Part shown: one piece after another, positions 21,260 to 31,923 of the stretch
Numbering within the stretch: position 1 is the first letter of the stretch
Layout of the letters: every line of letters begins with the position of its first letter
Assembly: GCA_028690055.1 (NCBI GenBank)
Contig: JAQVBZ010000005.1
Location: 379-64,378 of the forward strand
Reading direction: 5' to 3'
DNA: 64,000 nucleotides
DNA from: Minisyncoccota bacterium
GTDB taxonomy: Bacteria; Patescibacteriota; Minisyncoccia; JAHIHE01; JAGLIN01
Notes under the pieces: model-generated
Seen by the model: the letters and a program-made list of their open reading frames with translations, nothing else
Database searches by the model: none
What the model was told of the DNA's origin: nothing
Position numbers and translations under genes: made by a program

Positions 21260-23362
21260 CTATTCCAAATGAACATCTTTCTCGAAAATCCTGATTCGCG
21301 ATAGAAGTTCGGGATATTTCTTGAGATCCGCATCCATTTCCAAGATAACTTTCGCTTCTTCTCGTGTCGCCTGAATGAGCTCAGAATCGGAAAGCGATGC
21401 CATCGCCAAATCGGGCAACCCCGATTGTCGCACTCCGACCAGTTCTCCCGGACCGCGTAATTCCAAATCTTTCTGCGCCAAATCGAATCCGCTCTCACAC
21501 TCGATGAGCGCTTTGAGCCGTCGATGAGCCTTGCCCGAAGTCGAATCGGTAAAAAGGAAGCAACGCGACTGAAACTCTCCCCGCCCGACTCGGCCGCGGA
21601 ATTGGTGCAACTGCGCCAGACCGAATCGGTCCGCACCTTCAATAAGCATTACGGTAGCGTTAGGAATGTCTATTCCCACTTCCACCACAGAGGTCGAAAC
21701 CAGAATATTGATTTTGTTTTTCGAGAACTTTTTCATCACCTCTTCTTTCTCTTTCGGTTTCATCTTCCCGTGCAAAAGCCCGATTGCAAGATCGGGATAA
21801 ATTTCTTTCTCGAGCTTCTCGAATGTTTCCGTTGCCGATTTTACTTCCAGTACATCGGACTCCTCAATCAACGGACAAATGACAAACGCCTGCCGCCCGG
21901 ATTTGATTTCCTTGCGGATAAAATCGTAAGTACTCTCCCGATTGCCTGGCGCCACCAGCTCGGTAATGATTTTCTGACGCCCCTTCGGCATCTCATTCAA
22001 AATAGACAGATCCAAGTCACCATAGACCGTAAGAGCGAGCGTGCGCGGAATCGGCGTTGCCGTCATCGACAAAAGATGCGGCACTGTCGCCACAAACCCG
22101 TCCTCGATATCTGATACTTCACTTTGAGTCTGTGCCCGCTGCTCGATACCGAAACGGTGTTGTTCATCCACGACGGAAAGCGCGAGACTCTTGAAAAAGA
22201 CTTTCTCCTGGATGAGCGCATGCGTGCCGATCACCAAATCCGCCTCACCTTTCTTTATTGCAGATAATATCTTTTCCTTGGTCAAACTCTTTTCGTCCCT
22301 GCCGTCAAAATATCTGCTTTCACTTCCCGTGAGAAGCGCAATCCTGATATTTGTGCCGTGAAATCTTTTCAAACTTTCCGCAAAATGCTGCCTCGCCAAG
22401 ATTTCCGTCGGCGCCATAATGAGTGCTTGATAGCCGGAGCGGACCGCCACCAACACCGCCAAAAGCGCCACCAAAGTTTTTCCGGAACCCACGTCGCCCT
22501 CCAAAAGCCGGTTCATCGGACTGTCTTTTTCCATATCCTTAATGATTTTCCAAACAGCGATTTTTTGCCCATCAGTAAGCTTGAACGGCAGCTTCTCCAA
22601 GAAATATTTTATTTCCGCTTCCAATTCTTTGTCATACCTGATTCCCACCGCTTTCTGCCGTTGCCATTCCTGCCTCTGCCGCTGCATATATAACTGCACC
22701 AGGAATAGTTCATCAAAAGCGAGCCGCCGTTTGGCAAGCTCCGCCGCCACATCATCATCCGGAAAATGTATCTGCCGGATCGCTTCACTCAGACCCAGTA
22801 AATCCTGCCGCTCCAAAACTTCCTCCGGCAAAAACTCCGTCGCCTCGTCCGAGAGAGACAATAGCGGCTTGATATGTACGCGCAACCATTTGGAAGAAAG
22901 TCCCTCCGTTTCGTGATAGACCGGCACCAACCGCCCCGTGTGCAGATTGCTCTTGCCCAACGCCTCCCATGCGGGACCGGAAAGCTGCATTCCTTCCTTG
23001 GCAAAAGTAACCTTACCACTCAAGCTGACATTCGTTCCTGCCTTCAAACTGTTCGTCAAAAACGGCTGATTGAACCAGACCGCCCGTATTACCCCCGAGT
23101 CATCCTCGATCGCCGCTTCGGTAAGTATCATATTCCGCCGCCGCGTCCGCACGTTTTGAATCTCCAAAATCTCTCCTTTTATGCTCACCACCTGCCCCAC
23201 TTCCACATCCTTGATCGCTTTGAAATCCGAAAAGTCATCATAGCGGAAAGGAAAATGAAAAAGCAGGTCCCCGGCAGTTCTGATACCAAGCTTGTGCAGA
23301 TACAAGACATTGCGCGGCCCGACCTGCGGCAATTCTTCGATTGGAGTTTTGAGTGTTATCAT
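21260..23362 (-). CDS. recG: ATP-dependent DNA helicase RecG
   Basis: Wedge OB-fold, GDVGSGKT, DEQHRFG, MTATPIPRT and QFRGRVGRG. Confidence 0.98.
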   Translation of the reverse strand: MITLKTPIEELPQVGPRNVLYLHKLGIRTAGDLLFHFPFRYDDFSDFKAIKDVEVGQVVSIKGEILEIQNVRTRRRNMILTEAAIEDDSGVIRAVWFNQPFLTNSLKAGTNVSLSGKVTFAKEGMQLSGPAWEALGKSNLHTGRLVPVYHETEGLSSKWLRVHIKPLLSLSDEATEFLPEEVLERQDLLGLSEAIRQIHFPDDDVAAELAKRRLAFDELFLVQLYMQRQRQEWQRQKAVGIRYDKELEAEIKYFLEKLPFKLTDGQKIAVWKIIKDMEKDSPMNRLLEGDVGSGKTLVALLAVLVAVRSGYQALIMAPTEILARQHFAESLKRFHGTNIRIALLTGSESRYFDGRDEKSLTKEKILSAIKKGEADLVIGTHALIQEKVFFKSLALSVVDEQHRFGIEQRAQTQSEVSDIEDGFVATVPHLLSMTATPIPRTLALTVYGDLDLSILNEMPKGRQKIITELVAPGNRESTYDFIRKEIKSGRQAFVICPLIEESDVLEVKSATETFEKLEKEIYPDLAIGLLHGKMKPKEKEEVMKKFSKNKINILVSTSVVEVGIDIPNATVMLIEGADRFGLAQLHQFRGRVGRGEFQSRCFLFTDSTSGKAHRRLKALIECESGFDLAQKDLELRGPGELVGVRQSGLPDLAMASLSDSELIQATREEAKVILEMDADLKKYPELLSRIRIFEKDVHLE

Positions 23363-23472
23363 ATGAAAAATATTTTACTATCTATATGGATTTTACCAAA
23401 ATTGCCGTAAGACTACAAATAAAAAAGTGCCAATCCTGATGGATTGACAAAAGATTATCAGATCTTCAATTA

Positions 23473-24402
23473 CTAATACAATACCTCTTCTTTAACCGCC
23501 TTTTCTTTCTCAATAGTATAAGAAGTCTTTTTACCTGCTGCTACAGTCGTTGTGACAGCTATTACCGCAGGTAGTTTTTTAGATTTTTTTCCTCCTTTCA
23601 TTCTTCTTCTACTTCGCACCTTTATAAGCGCTTCCAGTCTTTCTCCCCCTAACAGTGTTCGTTGTTCACTATCCAGGACAAGACAGCATTTAGACGACTC
23701 TCCCGCTTCGATACTGATAACTTTACCGCTCACAAGCTGAATTTGCACAGTATCTCTTTTCCCGTTAAGGACTTCATTAAACATTCTGCGAGCTTCCTCC
23801 TGCCAGAGGTCCTGTCTGTTCAGAGGCCTGATATCCTTAAGTTCATATTCGTTAGAAATAGTTCCATCATCCCACCAAACGCGGCGGGACCTTTCCTCTT
23901 GATACCGAGCCTCACTCATACCCAAACATGTTTTTACTTCTCTGATATGCAAAATCGGATCGCTTACCACAAATTTTCTTCCCGGTCTATAAACAGGATC
24001 ATCGCAAAGCCAATTAGGAAACGCATAGTCTTTCCAAAGTGCCTGATTAGCAACGGCGTAAAACCATGGACTGAGCCTGTTACAAACCACAGACCGCATA
24101 CAGCCTAGAGCTTTTGCAATCGAACTAAAATTACTATTCCAGGCCACTAGGGCAGTCTTTATGGAAGTGAACTCATAGAATTTAGAACCGGTTTCTGTGT
24201 CGTATTCATGAATTATTATCCCCCATCTGCCATCAGGAGGATTCTTGATTTCCAGAATTTCAGTAAACCCACCACAGCCTCCGTTTCCGCCACCTATATA
24301 TTTTATCTGTTCGATATCAAACCTGCTCAGATGCCCGTATCCTCCGTGTCCTACCATTACTTCATGCGTAACTGGAAAATCAAGATGTTTTATGTATTTC
24401 AT
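23473..24402 (-). CDS. Hypothetical protein (possibly extends to an ATA start at 24531)
   Basis: 309-aa ORF, no family recognised; the reading frame stays open 43 codons upstream. Confidence 0.65.
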   Translation of the reverse strand: MKYIKHLDFPVTHEVMVGHGGYGHLSRFDIEQIKYIGGGNGGCGGFTEILEIKNPPDGRWGIIIHEYDTETGSKFYEFTSIKTALVAWNSNFSSIAKALGCMRSVVCNRLSPWFYAVANQALWKDYAFPNWLCDDPVYRPGRKFVVSDPILHIREVKTCLGMSEARYQEERSRRVWWDDGTISNEYELKDIRPLNRQDLWQEEARRMFNEVLNGKRDTVQIQLVSGKVISIEAGESSKCCLVLDSEQRTLLGGERLEALIKVRSRRRMKGGKKSKKLPAVIAVTTTVAAGKKTSYTIEKEKAVKEEVLY

Positions 24403-24715
24403 GGCCTCCTTGATCTCGTTTACTTTGCCCGGTAAACAATAACCGGAAACGATTTGCCCCCTCGGAAGAACAACTTCAAAACCTATAGTAAGCGAATAGT
24501 CTATATCTTCTTTACCATCAAGATCAGATATTCAGACTCCTCCTTCTTTTCTATTTTTTCTAAAACCTGTTTTTGTTTTTCTTTTTACCAGATTAAAGCG
24601 AAAACATGATTTTGTCAAAATAAAACACCCGCCCCAAAGTAGGCAGGCATTTTGCTATTTAATTCCTCACTAAATCGATATTAAAAAGCTTGCGCAAAAA
24701 CAAATCGTACAATAA

Positions 24716-25156
24716 CTATTCGGACTTTTCAGTTACCGGCTCCGACACATCTTCCCCATCTATCACACTCTCTCCGAAATAATCCTGACACACCGAAAAC
24801 AACGACGGCATCACTCCGTTATTTATGCAAATCCCAAAATCGTTTTTAAGCTCGGATAGTTCCACAAAACATAATGACTTCAACTCTGCGATTTCAATCT
24901 TGGCGCAAATAGCCTCATTCTTTCTTACCTTTGCCACTTTCAGATAGCAATCACCCTGCGCCAATTTGTTGTCAGTAATCTTAGCGCACGCCGACTGTGT
25001 GAATACCACCTGATTATTCGGAATCTGCGAATTATTCTCCGCCGAAATCACGAGCATATAATAGGATATCCCCCAAATCGTAATGATTCCGATAAACGAA
25101 CTGGCAACCACGATTACCTTCGCCATCTTAAGAAGAGACGATTCCTTTTTTTGCAT
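24716..25156 (-). CDS. Membrane-anchored Cys-repeat protein
   Basis: N-terminal TM then repeated CAKI...CY/CF helical motifs. Confidence 0.7.
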   Translation of the reverse strand: MQKKESSLLKMAKVIVVASSFIGIITIWGISYYMLVISAENNSQIPNNQVVFTQSACAKITDNKLAQGDCYLKVAKVRKNEAICAKIEIAELKSLCFVELSELKNDFGICINNGVMPSLFSVCQDYFGESVIDGEDVSEPVTEKSE

Positions 25157-25522
25157 AGTTTTTGTTTATGTTAATATTAACCCTTATCCGATTCAGATTG
25201 TTCTTTTAGTATGAGATTGATTTTATTCTAACACTTTTTCGAAAAAAAAACAAAAAGGCGACTAGCTTATACCGAATTAACTAAATGTTATACAATCTAG
25301 TCATACAGCATTTGAAATTTCTCCCGCTTCGGACGGTATTGCCACGTCATAGCGTAATCGCAGCGACGGGGAGAGAAGTTTCTCCTTCGCCAAAGGCTAC
25401 GGCATAGCTAAGCGGGGTAAGGGGGGAATAAAAGTGAAATCGTTATGTCGCAGATTAAGTTGGTTTGGTTTTGCATACACTACTTCCGCGATTAAAAGAA
25501 CTTCATGCGCCGGAACAGATTT

Positions 25523-25617
25523 CTGTATTTCGGACCACGCCCAGAGACAGTATGTGGTGCGAGATAGAATGTTTTTGTGCGGCATTCACACCATTTCTAG
25601 TGTGGTCCGAAATACAG
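25523..25617. repeat. Long inverted repeat / MITE-like hairpin
   Basis: CTGTATTTCGGACCAC pairs perfectly with GTGGTCCGAAATACAG; inner TGGTG/CACCA and GAATG/CATTC stems. Confidence 0.7.
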
Positions 25618-25688
25618 CATCGCTTCCTTTTTTCGAGTAAATAAAAAAGGAGGATATTTTTTGCTTCTGTACAACCATTCGCCTGAGG

Positions 25689-26345
25689 TTATTCCGCCAC
25701 ACGGATTTCACCAGTTTCAACATTGATGATTCTTTTTTCCGTATTGCCCGTAAGTCCCAAATAAGCCGAGTAAACCACAGCTTTATCATCCGCAGACCAA
25801 ATGAAGCTATCCCCGCCTCCCCCGGTCATGAATCGGAAACTCGTCTGCGTGCCGCCCTCACCGCAATCATCAGCCACGTCGCCAACAGAGTCTGTCTGCA
25901 TGCCATTCAGAGAACAGGTCGCAGCAGAAATTTTATAAATCCCTATCCATGCCTCGGGCAAATCTCCCGGCAAGCAAGAAGATGAAAAAACTATCTCCCG
26001 TTTGTTATAAGATAAAACTGCCGCCGAAAAACATTCTCCCGAATATTTAGCGTTGCCGGTTTGAAAGGTGTCCGGATTATATTCATAGCCGTTGTCTTTC
26101 AAAAATTTCTTGGCCTCGTCAATTGTAAAAATCACTTCACCGGAACTATTGTCAACGACGGATTTAGCATCATCCGACACCCGGATAGAAGATGCAAAAA
26201 TCGCCGGCTCCGGGACAGCCTCCTCCTCGACAGACGGTTTCGATATATAAGACAAAGCCCATACCAACATAACGATGCCAACTATCAAATAAACTATTTT
26301 TTTCAGTTTTGCCGTCTTGGCGGAGTTGATTTCTTCGTTCTGCAT
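25689..26345 (-). CDS. Membrane-anchored hypothetical protein
   Basis: Single N-terminal TM and a beta-rich extracellular region. Confidence 0.7.
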   Translation of the reverse strand: MQNEEINSAKTAKLKKIVYLIVGIVMLVWALSYISKPSVEEEAVPEPAIFASSIRVSDDAKSVVDNSSGEVIFTIDEAKKFLKDNGYEYNPDTFQTGNAKYSGECFSAAVLSYNKREIVFSSSCLPGDLPEAWIGIYKISAATCSLNGMQTDSVGDVADDCGEGGTQTSFRFMTGGGGDSFIWSADDKAVVYSAYLGLTGNTEKRIINVETGEIRVAE

Positions 26346-26468
26346 AATTTTTGCAAATTTATAAATAATTATTTTTTCCTGAAGTGGTAGATTTTAGTCT
26401 GCGCAGCTATCCTATGCGGTTGATACAAACTAATAGGAGGAGTAAACAATTGATATGAGCTAACGAGT

Positions 26469-26574
26469 GGAGTAGCAGGTTTTAACCTGCGCGGTTGTCC
26501 TATTCAAGTGAAACGTGCTATTACCGAGAATTAAGAGGCTTGGAATAGCCGCGCGGGATAAATTCCGCCACTCC
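26469..26574. repeat. GTAG-type REP doublet, copy 2
   Basis: Left arm identical to 2420-2451; right arm GGAATAGCCGCGCGGGATAAATTCCGCCACTCC. A solo degenerate arm lies at ~26381-26413. Confidence 0.8.
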
Positions 26575-26633
26575 GAAGTAATAGCCGGTTCGCTATTCTC
26601 TTCGAGTGGTATATCATTAAATCCCATTACAAC

Positions 26634-27458
26634 CTATTCGCCATTTATCACTCGCGGAAAATATTCAAATAGATCACTGGCGAGTAGTGACTCGCCATAT
26701 TTCACGCCAGCCATCTCACCCGCACTTCCATTAATATAACACGCGGCTTCGGCCGCTTCAAGAGGGTCAGTTCCTCTCGCCAATAGCGCGCCACATATCC
26801 CCGCGAGCGTATCACCGAATCCACCCTTGCTCATAAAAGCGTTACCGGTACGATTGAGCAAAGTGCGCTCTCCATCAGAAATCACATCGGTCGCCCCCTT
26901 TAGGATCACAACCGCGCCCAGCTTCTCTGCTGCAACTTTTACTTTTGTCTGTCGCTCTTCGATATCATCTCCGACCTTCTCTCCGGTCAGATATTCGAAC
27001 TCGGGAATATTGGGAGTTAGAACTGCCTGCTTGCCTTTCAATATTTCTTCGTGTCCGGCCACTGCCCTGATCGCCTCCGCATCAAGTACCATCGGCAAAT
27101 CTATTTTCTGGATTAATTTTCGTATCGCCAAGAAAGATTCCTCCGACCGTTTCATGCCACCGCCCATCACCAACGTATCGAATCTCTGAGAAAGTTCCAT
27201 GAGATTCGATACGTCATCCTCTTCGAATTCTCCCTCCAGCGGAAAGGTAATCATATCCGGCCGATAAGCCGCCACGACATCCATCGTCCGCCGATGCCCC
27301 GCCACTGTAACTAGATCCGCCCCACACCGCAGCGCCGACATCGCATTAAAAATCGGAGAACCGGAGTACATCTCGCTCCCCGCCACGATCAGCACATACC
27401 CAAAATCACCTTTGTGAGCATTCGCTTTCCTTGTAGTATAAATCTTTTTTAGATTCAT
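26634..27458 (-). CDS. nnrD: ADP-dependent NAD(P)H-hydrate dehydratase
   Basis: HKGDFG, VLDAEA, LTPNIPEF, ILKGA and GGFGDTLAG. Confidence 0.92.
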   Translation of the reverse strand: MNLKKIYTTRKANAHKGDFGYVLIVAGSEMYSGSPIFNAMSALRCGADLVTVAGHRRTMDVVAAYRPDMITFPLEGEFEEDDVSNLMELSQRFDTLVMGGGMKRSEESFLAIRKLIQKIDLPMVLDAEAIRAVAGHEEILKGKQAVLTPNIPEFEYLTGEKVGDDIEERQTKVKVAAEKLGAVVILKGATDVISDGERTLLNRTGNAFMSKGGFGDTLAGICGALLARGTDPLEAAEAACYINGSAGEMAGVKYGESLLASDLFEYFPRVINGE

Positions 27459-27498
27459 GTTTTTTAATAAATATAGAAAAGGTGTGTTCTCTCACTTC

Positions 27499-27594
27499 GA
27501 GTAGCAGACTTCAGTCTGCGCGGTTGTCCTATTAGAAAAAACATATAACGTATTGTTACCTAGGATAACCACACGGGTTGAAACCCGTTACTCC
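27499..27594. repeat. GTAG-type REP doublet, copy 3
   Basis: GAGTAGCAGACTTCAGTCTGCGCGGTTGTCCTA ... TAGGATAACCACACGGGTTGAAACCCGTTACTCC, with compensatory stem changes. Confidence 0.75.
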
Positions 27595-27639
27595 CTATGA
27601 CATAACAGCCTCGCCTTACCAAATACACTTCAATACCAA

Positions 27640-28335
27640 TTAACAATTTTTCAACAAATTATCATACACAATCTTCGACCAATTCTCAAAACTCTCATAA
27701 TGCTCCGGCAAATCTTCTTTTGTAATCCACACGCCGGTCATGACTCCGTCTTCCTCCGATTTGATCTTATTGGTATTGACCACGATTTCATAAACCAACC
27801 CCAGATGATCGATATCCACTCCCAAATCGCTTTTGATAATCCCTCGAAGTTCCACGCATTCTATAATCCCCTCATCCAACCCCGCCTCCTCTTTCGCCTC
27901 CCGAAGAAGCGCATTCTGAAAAGTCCTTTCCAAATCCCCTTCCGTGATATCAGTATCATCGACATGTCCGCCGATAAGCCCCTTCTTACCGATAAGCCGC
28001 AGTTCCCCTCCCCCCGACTCGCGCAAGATGAAAAAATATTCGTCTTCGTATCTGATAAGCACATAAGGAATCGGATGACGCCTTGTGGGATGGTATTCCA
28101 AGAGACTCCGCCTTCCAACTCCGAACGGCAAATCGAAAATCTGCGTCTCTTTCGTAAACACACCTGAGATATTTCCCAAATCTTTTTCCTCAAAAAATAT
28201 GATCCTCTCTCGCGTAGACGGTTTGATGCTTTCCAAATAATCCGCTTTTTCAATATTCAACCTCTCCCACTCTTCCGAACCGAATTCCGCCTTATCACGC
28301 TGAGCCAAGAGTTCTTCCAATTTTATATCCGCCAT
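27640..28335 (-). CDS. NUDIX-family hydrolase
   Basis: GGHVD ... LLREAKEEAGL Nudix box and downstream HLGLVY. Confidence 0.85.
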   Translation of the reverse strand: MADIKLEELLAQRDKAEFGSEEWERLNIEKADYLESIKPSTRERIIFFEEKDLGNISGVFTKETQIFDLPFGVGRRSLLEYHPTRRHPIPYVLIRYEDEYFFILRESGGGELRLIGKKGLIGGHVDDTDITEGDLERTFQNALLREAKEEAGLDEGIIECVELRGIIKSDLGVDIDHLGLVYEIVVNTNKIKSEEDGVMTGVWITKEDLPEHYESFENWSKIVYDNLLKNC

Positions 28336-28488
28336 ATTTTTACTTTATGATTACACTTTCATTCTAACAAAAATCAGCCATAAAGAAAAACAATCCGGCC
28401 ACATCAGAAAAATACACCGAACAAAAAAACACCAGACTGATGTTTTTTTATCTTACAAACATAGATTGATGCGAAGACGCGCGAAAAA

Positions 28489-28791
28489 CTATTTTTCATG
28501 TATCGAACTTTCCGATGCATTGGTTTTTAACGCCGTGCTGCCGACACCGGAAGCGAGAGAAAAGGTCAAAGCGTTTATAAGGATAAGGAACATAACTACA
28601 ATACACATGGCCTGCCTTTCTGTCTTGATCAATCCGCCGGAAAGCTTGAAAACCAAACGATAGATAGTGGGGGTTTTCTGCATTTTTAAAATCTTTTCTT
28701 TTGAACGTCGTTTCGCCGTTAATGCTCCGTCTGTCTTATCCAAGACCTGACTCAAATCGACAAAATCGCCTTGACCTTTGTTTTGTTCCAT
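28489..28791 (-). CDS. Small membrane protein
   Basis: 100-aa ORF with SGGLIK preceding a single TM. Confidence 0.6.
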   Translation of the reverse strand: MEQNKGQGDFVDLSQVLDKTDGALTAKRRSKEKILKMQKTPTIYRLVFKLSGGLIKTERQAMCIVVMFLILINALTFSLASGVGSTALKTNASESSIHEK

Positions 28792-28927
28792 GGTGATATT
28801 GATGAATTATCTTAAATCGGACAGCTATCGTTTTGACTTAGAAAATCTTAGCTCTTGCGATCAAACCATCCTACCCCTCCTACTTCAAACTACAAACAAA
28901 AACTACTATCTCTCAAAACCTTCAATG

Positions 28928-28999
28928 TGCCCTCGATAGGAATCGAACCTATATCACGGGTTCCGCAAACCCGCGTTCTATCCATTGAACTACGAGGAC
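28928..28999 (-). tRNA. tRNA-Arg, anticodon GCG
   Basis: Cloverleaf GTCCTCG-TA-GTTC AATGGATA GAAC-G-CGGGT TTGCGGA ACCCG-TGAT-ATAGG TTCGATT CCTAT-CGAGGGC-A; CCA not encoded. Confidence 0.95.
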
Positions 29000-29077
29000 C
29001 TAAGCCCCATTCCCTCACACCTCCCTTCAAAAAACCTTCCCGGCGAAAGAGCTTGCGCCCCGCCAAATTTCTCATCG

Positions 29078-30112
29078 TCAGTTCTTTCCGTTCAGATACT
29101 CATCAACCTTCTGATCGATAAATTCGTCCTCAGTCATATCCTCCTCGCTCTTCCCACGCTTGCGGAAATTAAAGAGTGCGTCTTCTTGCTTCTCTTTCGG
29201 CAAGAAATATGCCAAAAGCGTCTCAATATACACGACATCTTGTCCCTCTGTAAGATGCAGCTCTCTGGTCGGAAATATCGAATCATGCAGCTGCAGCTTC
29301 ACGATGTCAAAGTCCCCATTCTTGGTAAGCTCGAAGGAATGTATGTTATCGAACCTATACAATTTACCATCTATTAAGATTCCGTCAATGTTTATCTCAT
29401 ATTCAACATCCCGCGGCACATCTTTTAGTTCTATCACAATCATAACCACCAACGCCAAAAAAGTTAAAGCCGTAAGCCAGTTCTGTCCGATTGCAGACCA
29501 TAAGAATGTTATTACAGAAGCGACTAAGCTCACTTCATAAAAGAAAGTCCGTCCCTCCGGCCTCACAAAGTTTTTGCCTGTCCATTTGATGAAAGTTTTC
29601 TCTTCTTCGCCCGCCATATCCGCCAAATCGTCATCTACTTTTTCGCCGGCTATATCTGTCAAATCATCTTTTATTTCTACCTCCTCATTCTCCGCACTCC
29701 TTTCCTTATCTCTTCTGTCCAATTCCTCAATCCCGGTTCTCACTTCTTCATATACAACCCCCTCTCGTATCTCCACTCTTTTTTCAATTTCACTTTTTTT
29801 GCCACCTGTAGATTTCTTTGTGCTGCTTGTCTTATTTTTCTGCGCAGTAACGCCCTTAGCTTTCTTAGTTCCAACCGCCTTCTTTCCAACCACCTTTTTG
29901 ACCTCCTTCCCCGTTTCTTTTTTGATTGCCTTAACAGTTTTCTTCGTCTCCGGTTTTACCGCCTCTTTTTTAACCATCTTTTTCACCTCTTCCTTCGTCT
30001 TCTTTTGCTCCGCCATAAACGGCTCACGCGCAATGGTCACACGTTTCTTTCTCAAAGTTTTAGCGACTTTCTTCAACTCCTCCTTTTTTGTTTTTGTTTT
30101 TACCTCTTTCAT
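29078..30112 (-). CDS. Membrane protein with long Lys-rich then acidic N-terminal region
   Basis: Low-complexity K-rich N-terminus, two TMs and a small C-terminal beta domain. Confidence 0.75.
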   Translation of the reverse strand: MKEVKTKTKKEELKKVAKTLRKKRVTIAREPFMAEQKKTKEEVKKMVKKEAVKPETKKTVKAIKKETGKEVKKVVGKKAVGTKKAKGVTAQKNKTSSTKKSTGGKKSEIEKRVEIREGVVYEEVRTGIEELDRRDKERSAENEEVEIKDDLTDIAGEKVDDDLADMAGEEEKTFIKWTGKNFVRPEGRTFFYEVSLVASVITFLWSAIGQNWLTALTFLALVVMIVIELKDVPRDVEYEINIDGILIDGKLYRFDNIHSFELTKNGDFDIVKLQLHDSIFPTRELHLTEGQDVVYIETLLAYFLPKEKQEDALFNFRKRGKSEEDMTEDEFIDQKVDEYLNGKN

Positions 30113-30339
30113 TATATAGATATTAAATTTGTGTAAGTTCTACTGGTTATATCTTATCATTTTTGAAAGAAAATAACAAATCCACATTCGACATCATGTA
30201 TACAGAATCGGGATAAATCAACATCTCTACCCCCTCATCATTACACATAGTTAATCTCGCCCCCTCTCTTATCGGGAGAGGTTCAGTGCGAGAAGGAATA
30301 ATAGTCAAGACCTTTACCGCGGATAGGCTAGAAATATTA

Positions 30340-31410
30340 TTAATCACCGTTCGCCTCCAACCTTTCCAAAATCTTATCTTTGTCCACTCCATCCGCCAAT
30401 TTCGGCTGAGCGTAGTCAAAAATCTTTACCGGCACGAATCGGATGTCCGATATTTTATTATTCTCAAAAGTAATTTCTGCAATAGCTCCCAGCCGCGTCT
30501 CCTCTGACCACATCTGATCAAAAACAAAATTACCGAGACTGTATATTATATAGCCGTCATTATATTTCTCAAAAGTCTCCACCACGTGCGGATGATGTCC
30601 GATAACCAGCTCCGCCCCGGCATCCACCGCAGCGCGCGCGAAATTCTTCTGCACTGTATTCGGGCTCGTCTGATATTCCTCGCCCATATGCATCGAGATC
30701 ACCACTATATCAGCACTATTCCTGAGCTCGGACACCTGATCTTTCATCTTATCAGTATTCGCATACGCCGTGCCATAGATATTCCCGTCAATGCTATGAG
30801 ACTGCTCTCTGGCATAGGTGTAAGCCAGAAATCCGATTTTTACGCCCTCGACCTCCTTGATGACCGGCGCATATATACTCTTTTCACTGAGCCCCGCACC
30901 AATGTGTCCGATGCCTACGCCATCAAGATTTTGCAGTGTCGCTTCCAAACCGCTGTACCCGAAATTCATTGTGTGATTATTGGCAAGCGACAGAACATCG
31001 AAACCTGCCACCTCCAAGCCCTCCAACGCTTTGGGGTCGGCACGAAAGATAAAAGACATATCGAGAACTCTTGCCCCCGGCAAAATCGTCGTTTCCAAAT
31101 TACCAAAAGTGATATCCGCCCCGCTCGTAATCTCCGCCGTCTCCAAGAACGGATATTTCCAATCCTTCTTCGCAATCATTTTCCGCTCTACAGCGCGCGA
31201 AAGCATGATATCCCCCACTGCCGCCAGGACTATCCTGCTATCATCTTCACCCGCAGGAATGTTTGCACTGCCAATTGCCACCATATTCTCCCTTTGATTA
31301 TACTTACCCTTTATCGTAAAAGATTTGCCCGGAAGATAATAAAAAGCCGGAACAGTCGCCAGGACTGCCCCCACCAGAAATAGTAATGCAATTTTCGCTT
31401 TTCGATCCAT
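30340..31410 (-). CDS. CapA/PGA_cap family metallophosphatase
   Basis: VGDIML, GNLET, LANNH, HMGEEY, GHHPHV and YSLGNFVFDQ. Confidence 0.92.
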   Translation of the reverse strand: MDRKAKIALLFLVGAVLATVPAFYYLPGKSFTIKGKYNQRENMVAIGSANIPAGEDDSRIVLAAVGDIMLSRAVERKMIAKKDWKYPFLETAEITSGADITFGNLETTILPGARVLDMSFIFRADPKALEGLEVAGFDVLSLANNHTMNFGYSGLEATLQNLDGVGIGHIGAGLSEKSIYAPVIKEVEGVKIGFLAYTYAREQSHSIDGNIYGTAYANTDKMKDQVSELRNSADIVVISMHMGEEYQTSPNTVQKNFARAAVDAGAELVIGHHPHVVETFEKYNDGYIIYSLGNFVFDQMWSEETRLGAIAEITFENNKISDIRFVPVKIFDYAQPKLADGVDKDKILERLEANGD

Positions 31411-31655
31411 AGTATTATTTGATATAATTGTATCATAACACCAATCCCTTGTTAAACAAATAAACTTTGAGTCTTAGCCCGAATTACGCCTCAGGCTGCA
31501 TTCCAAACAGTGAAAAGAAGGGAAAATACATATAACGTCCTCCAGATAAAATACTGGAGATATCGGCTAAGCGGACCAGACACCAACTACTTTAATAATA
31601 TTTACGACCGAAATCCACCTGATGTGTGTTTTAATTCGCGATACCCCCTCTTATT

Positions 31656-31774
31656 TGTCATTCCGAAATTTTGATACTCCAAAATATCCGGAATCTTCGT
31701 TATATAGAATCCAAACATTACAATAATCTTTTTGCAAAATATAACGAGGATTCTGAAACAAGTTCAGAATGACA
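31656..31774. repeat. TGTCATTC-type palindromic element, copy 1
   Basis: TGTCATTCCG...GAATCTTCGTTATAT ... ATATAACGAGGATTCTGAAACAAGTTCAGAATGACA. Confidence 0.75.
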
Positions 31775-31923
31775 CGTGCGTAATAAAATTGTTTTTACCC
31801 ATCTACTACACAATTCTTGCATAAACTTCTCATCTCGCCCCCCCCTATTTCCCCAAAAAAACACCGCATTAATATGCGATATTTTATTTGGCGGTGTTTT
31901 TTTTAAATGAGCTTGCGATGATG

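Noticed and set aside
25523-25617. Integron attC site
   Set aside because: It lacks RYYYAAC/GTTRRRY ends, and no integron integrase is in the window.
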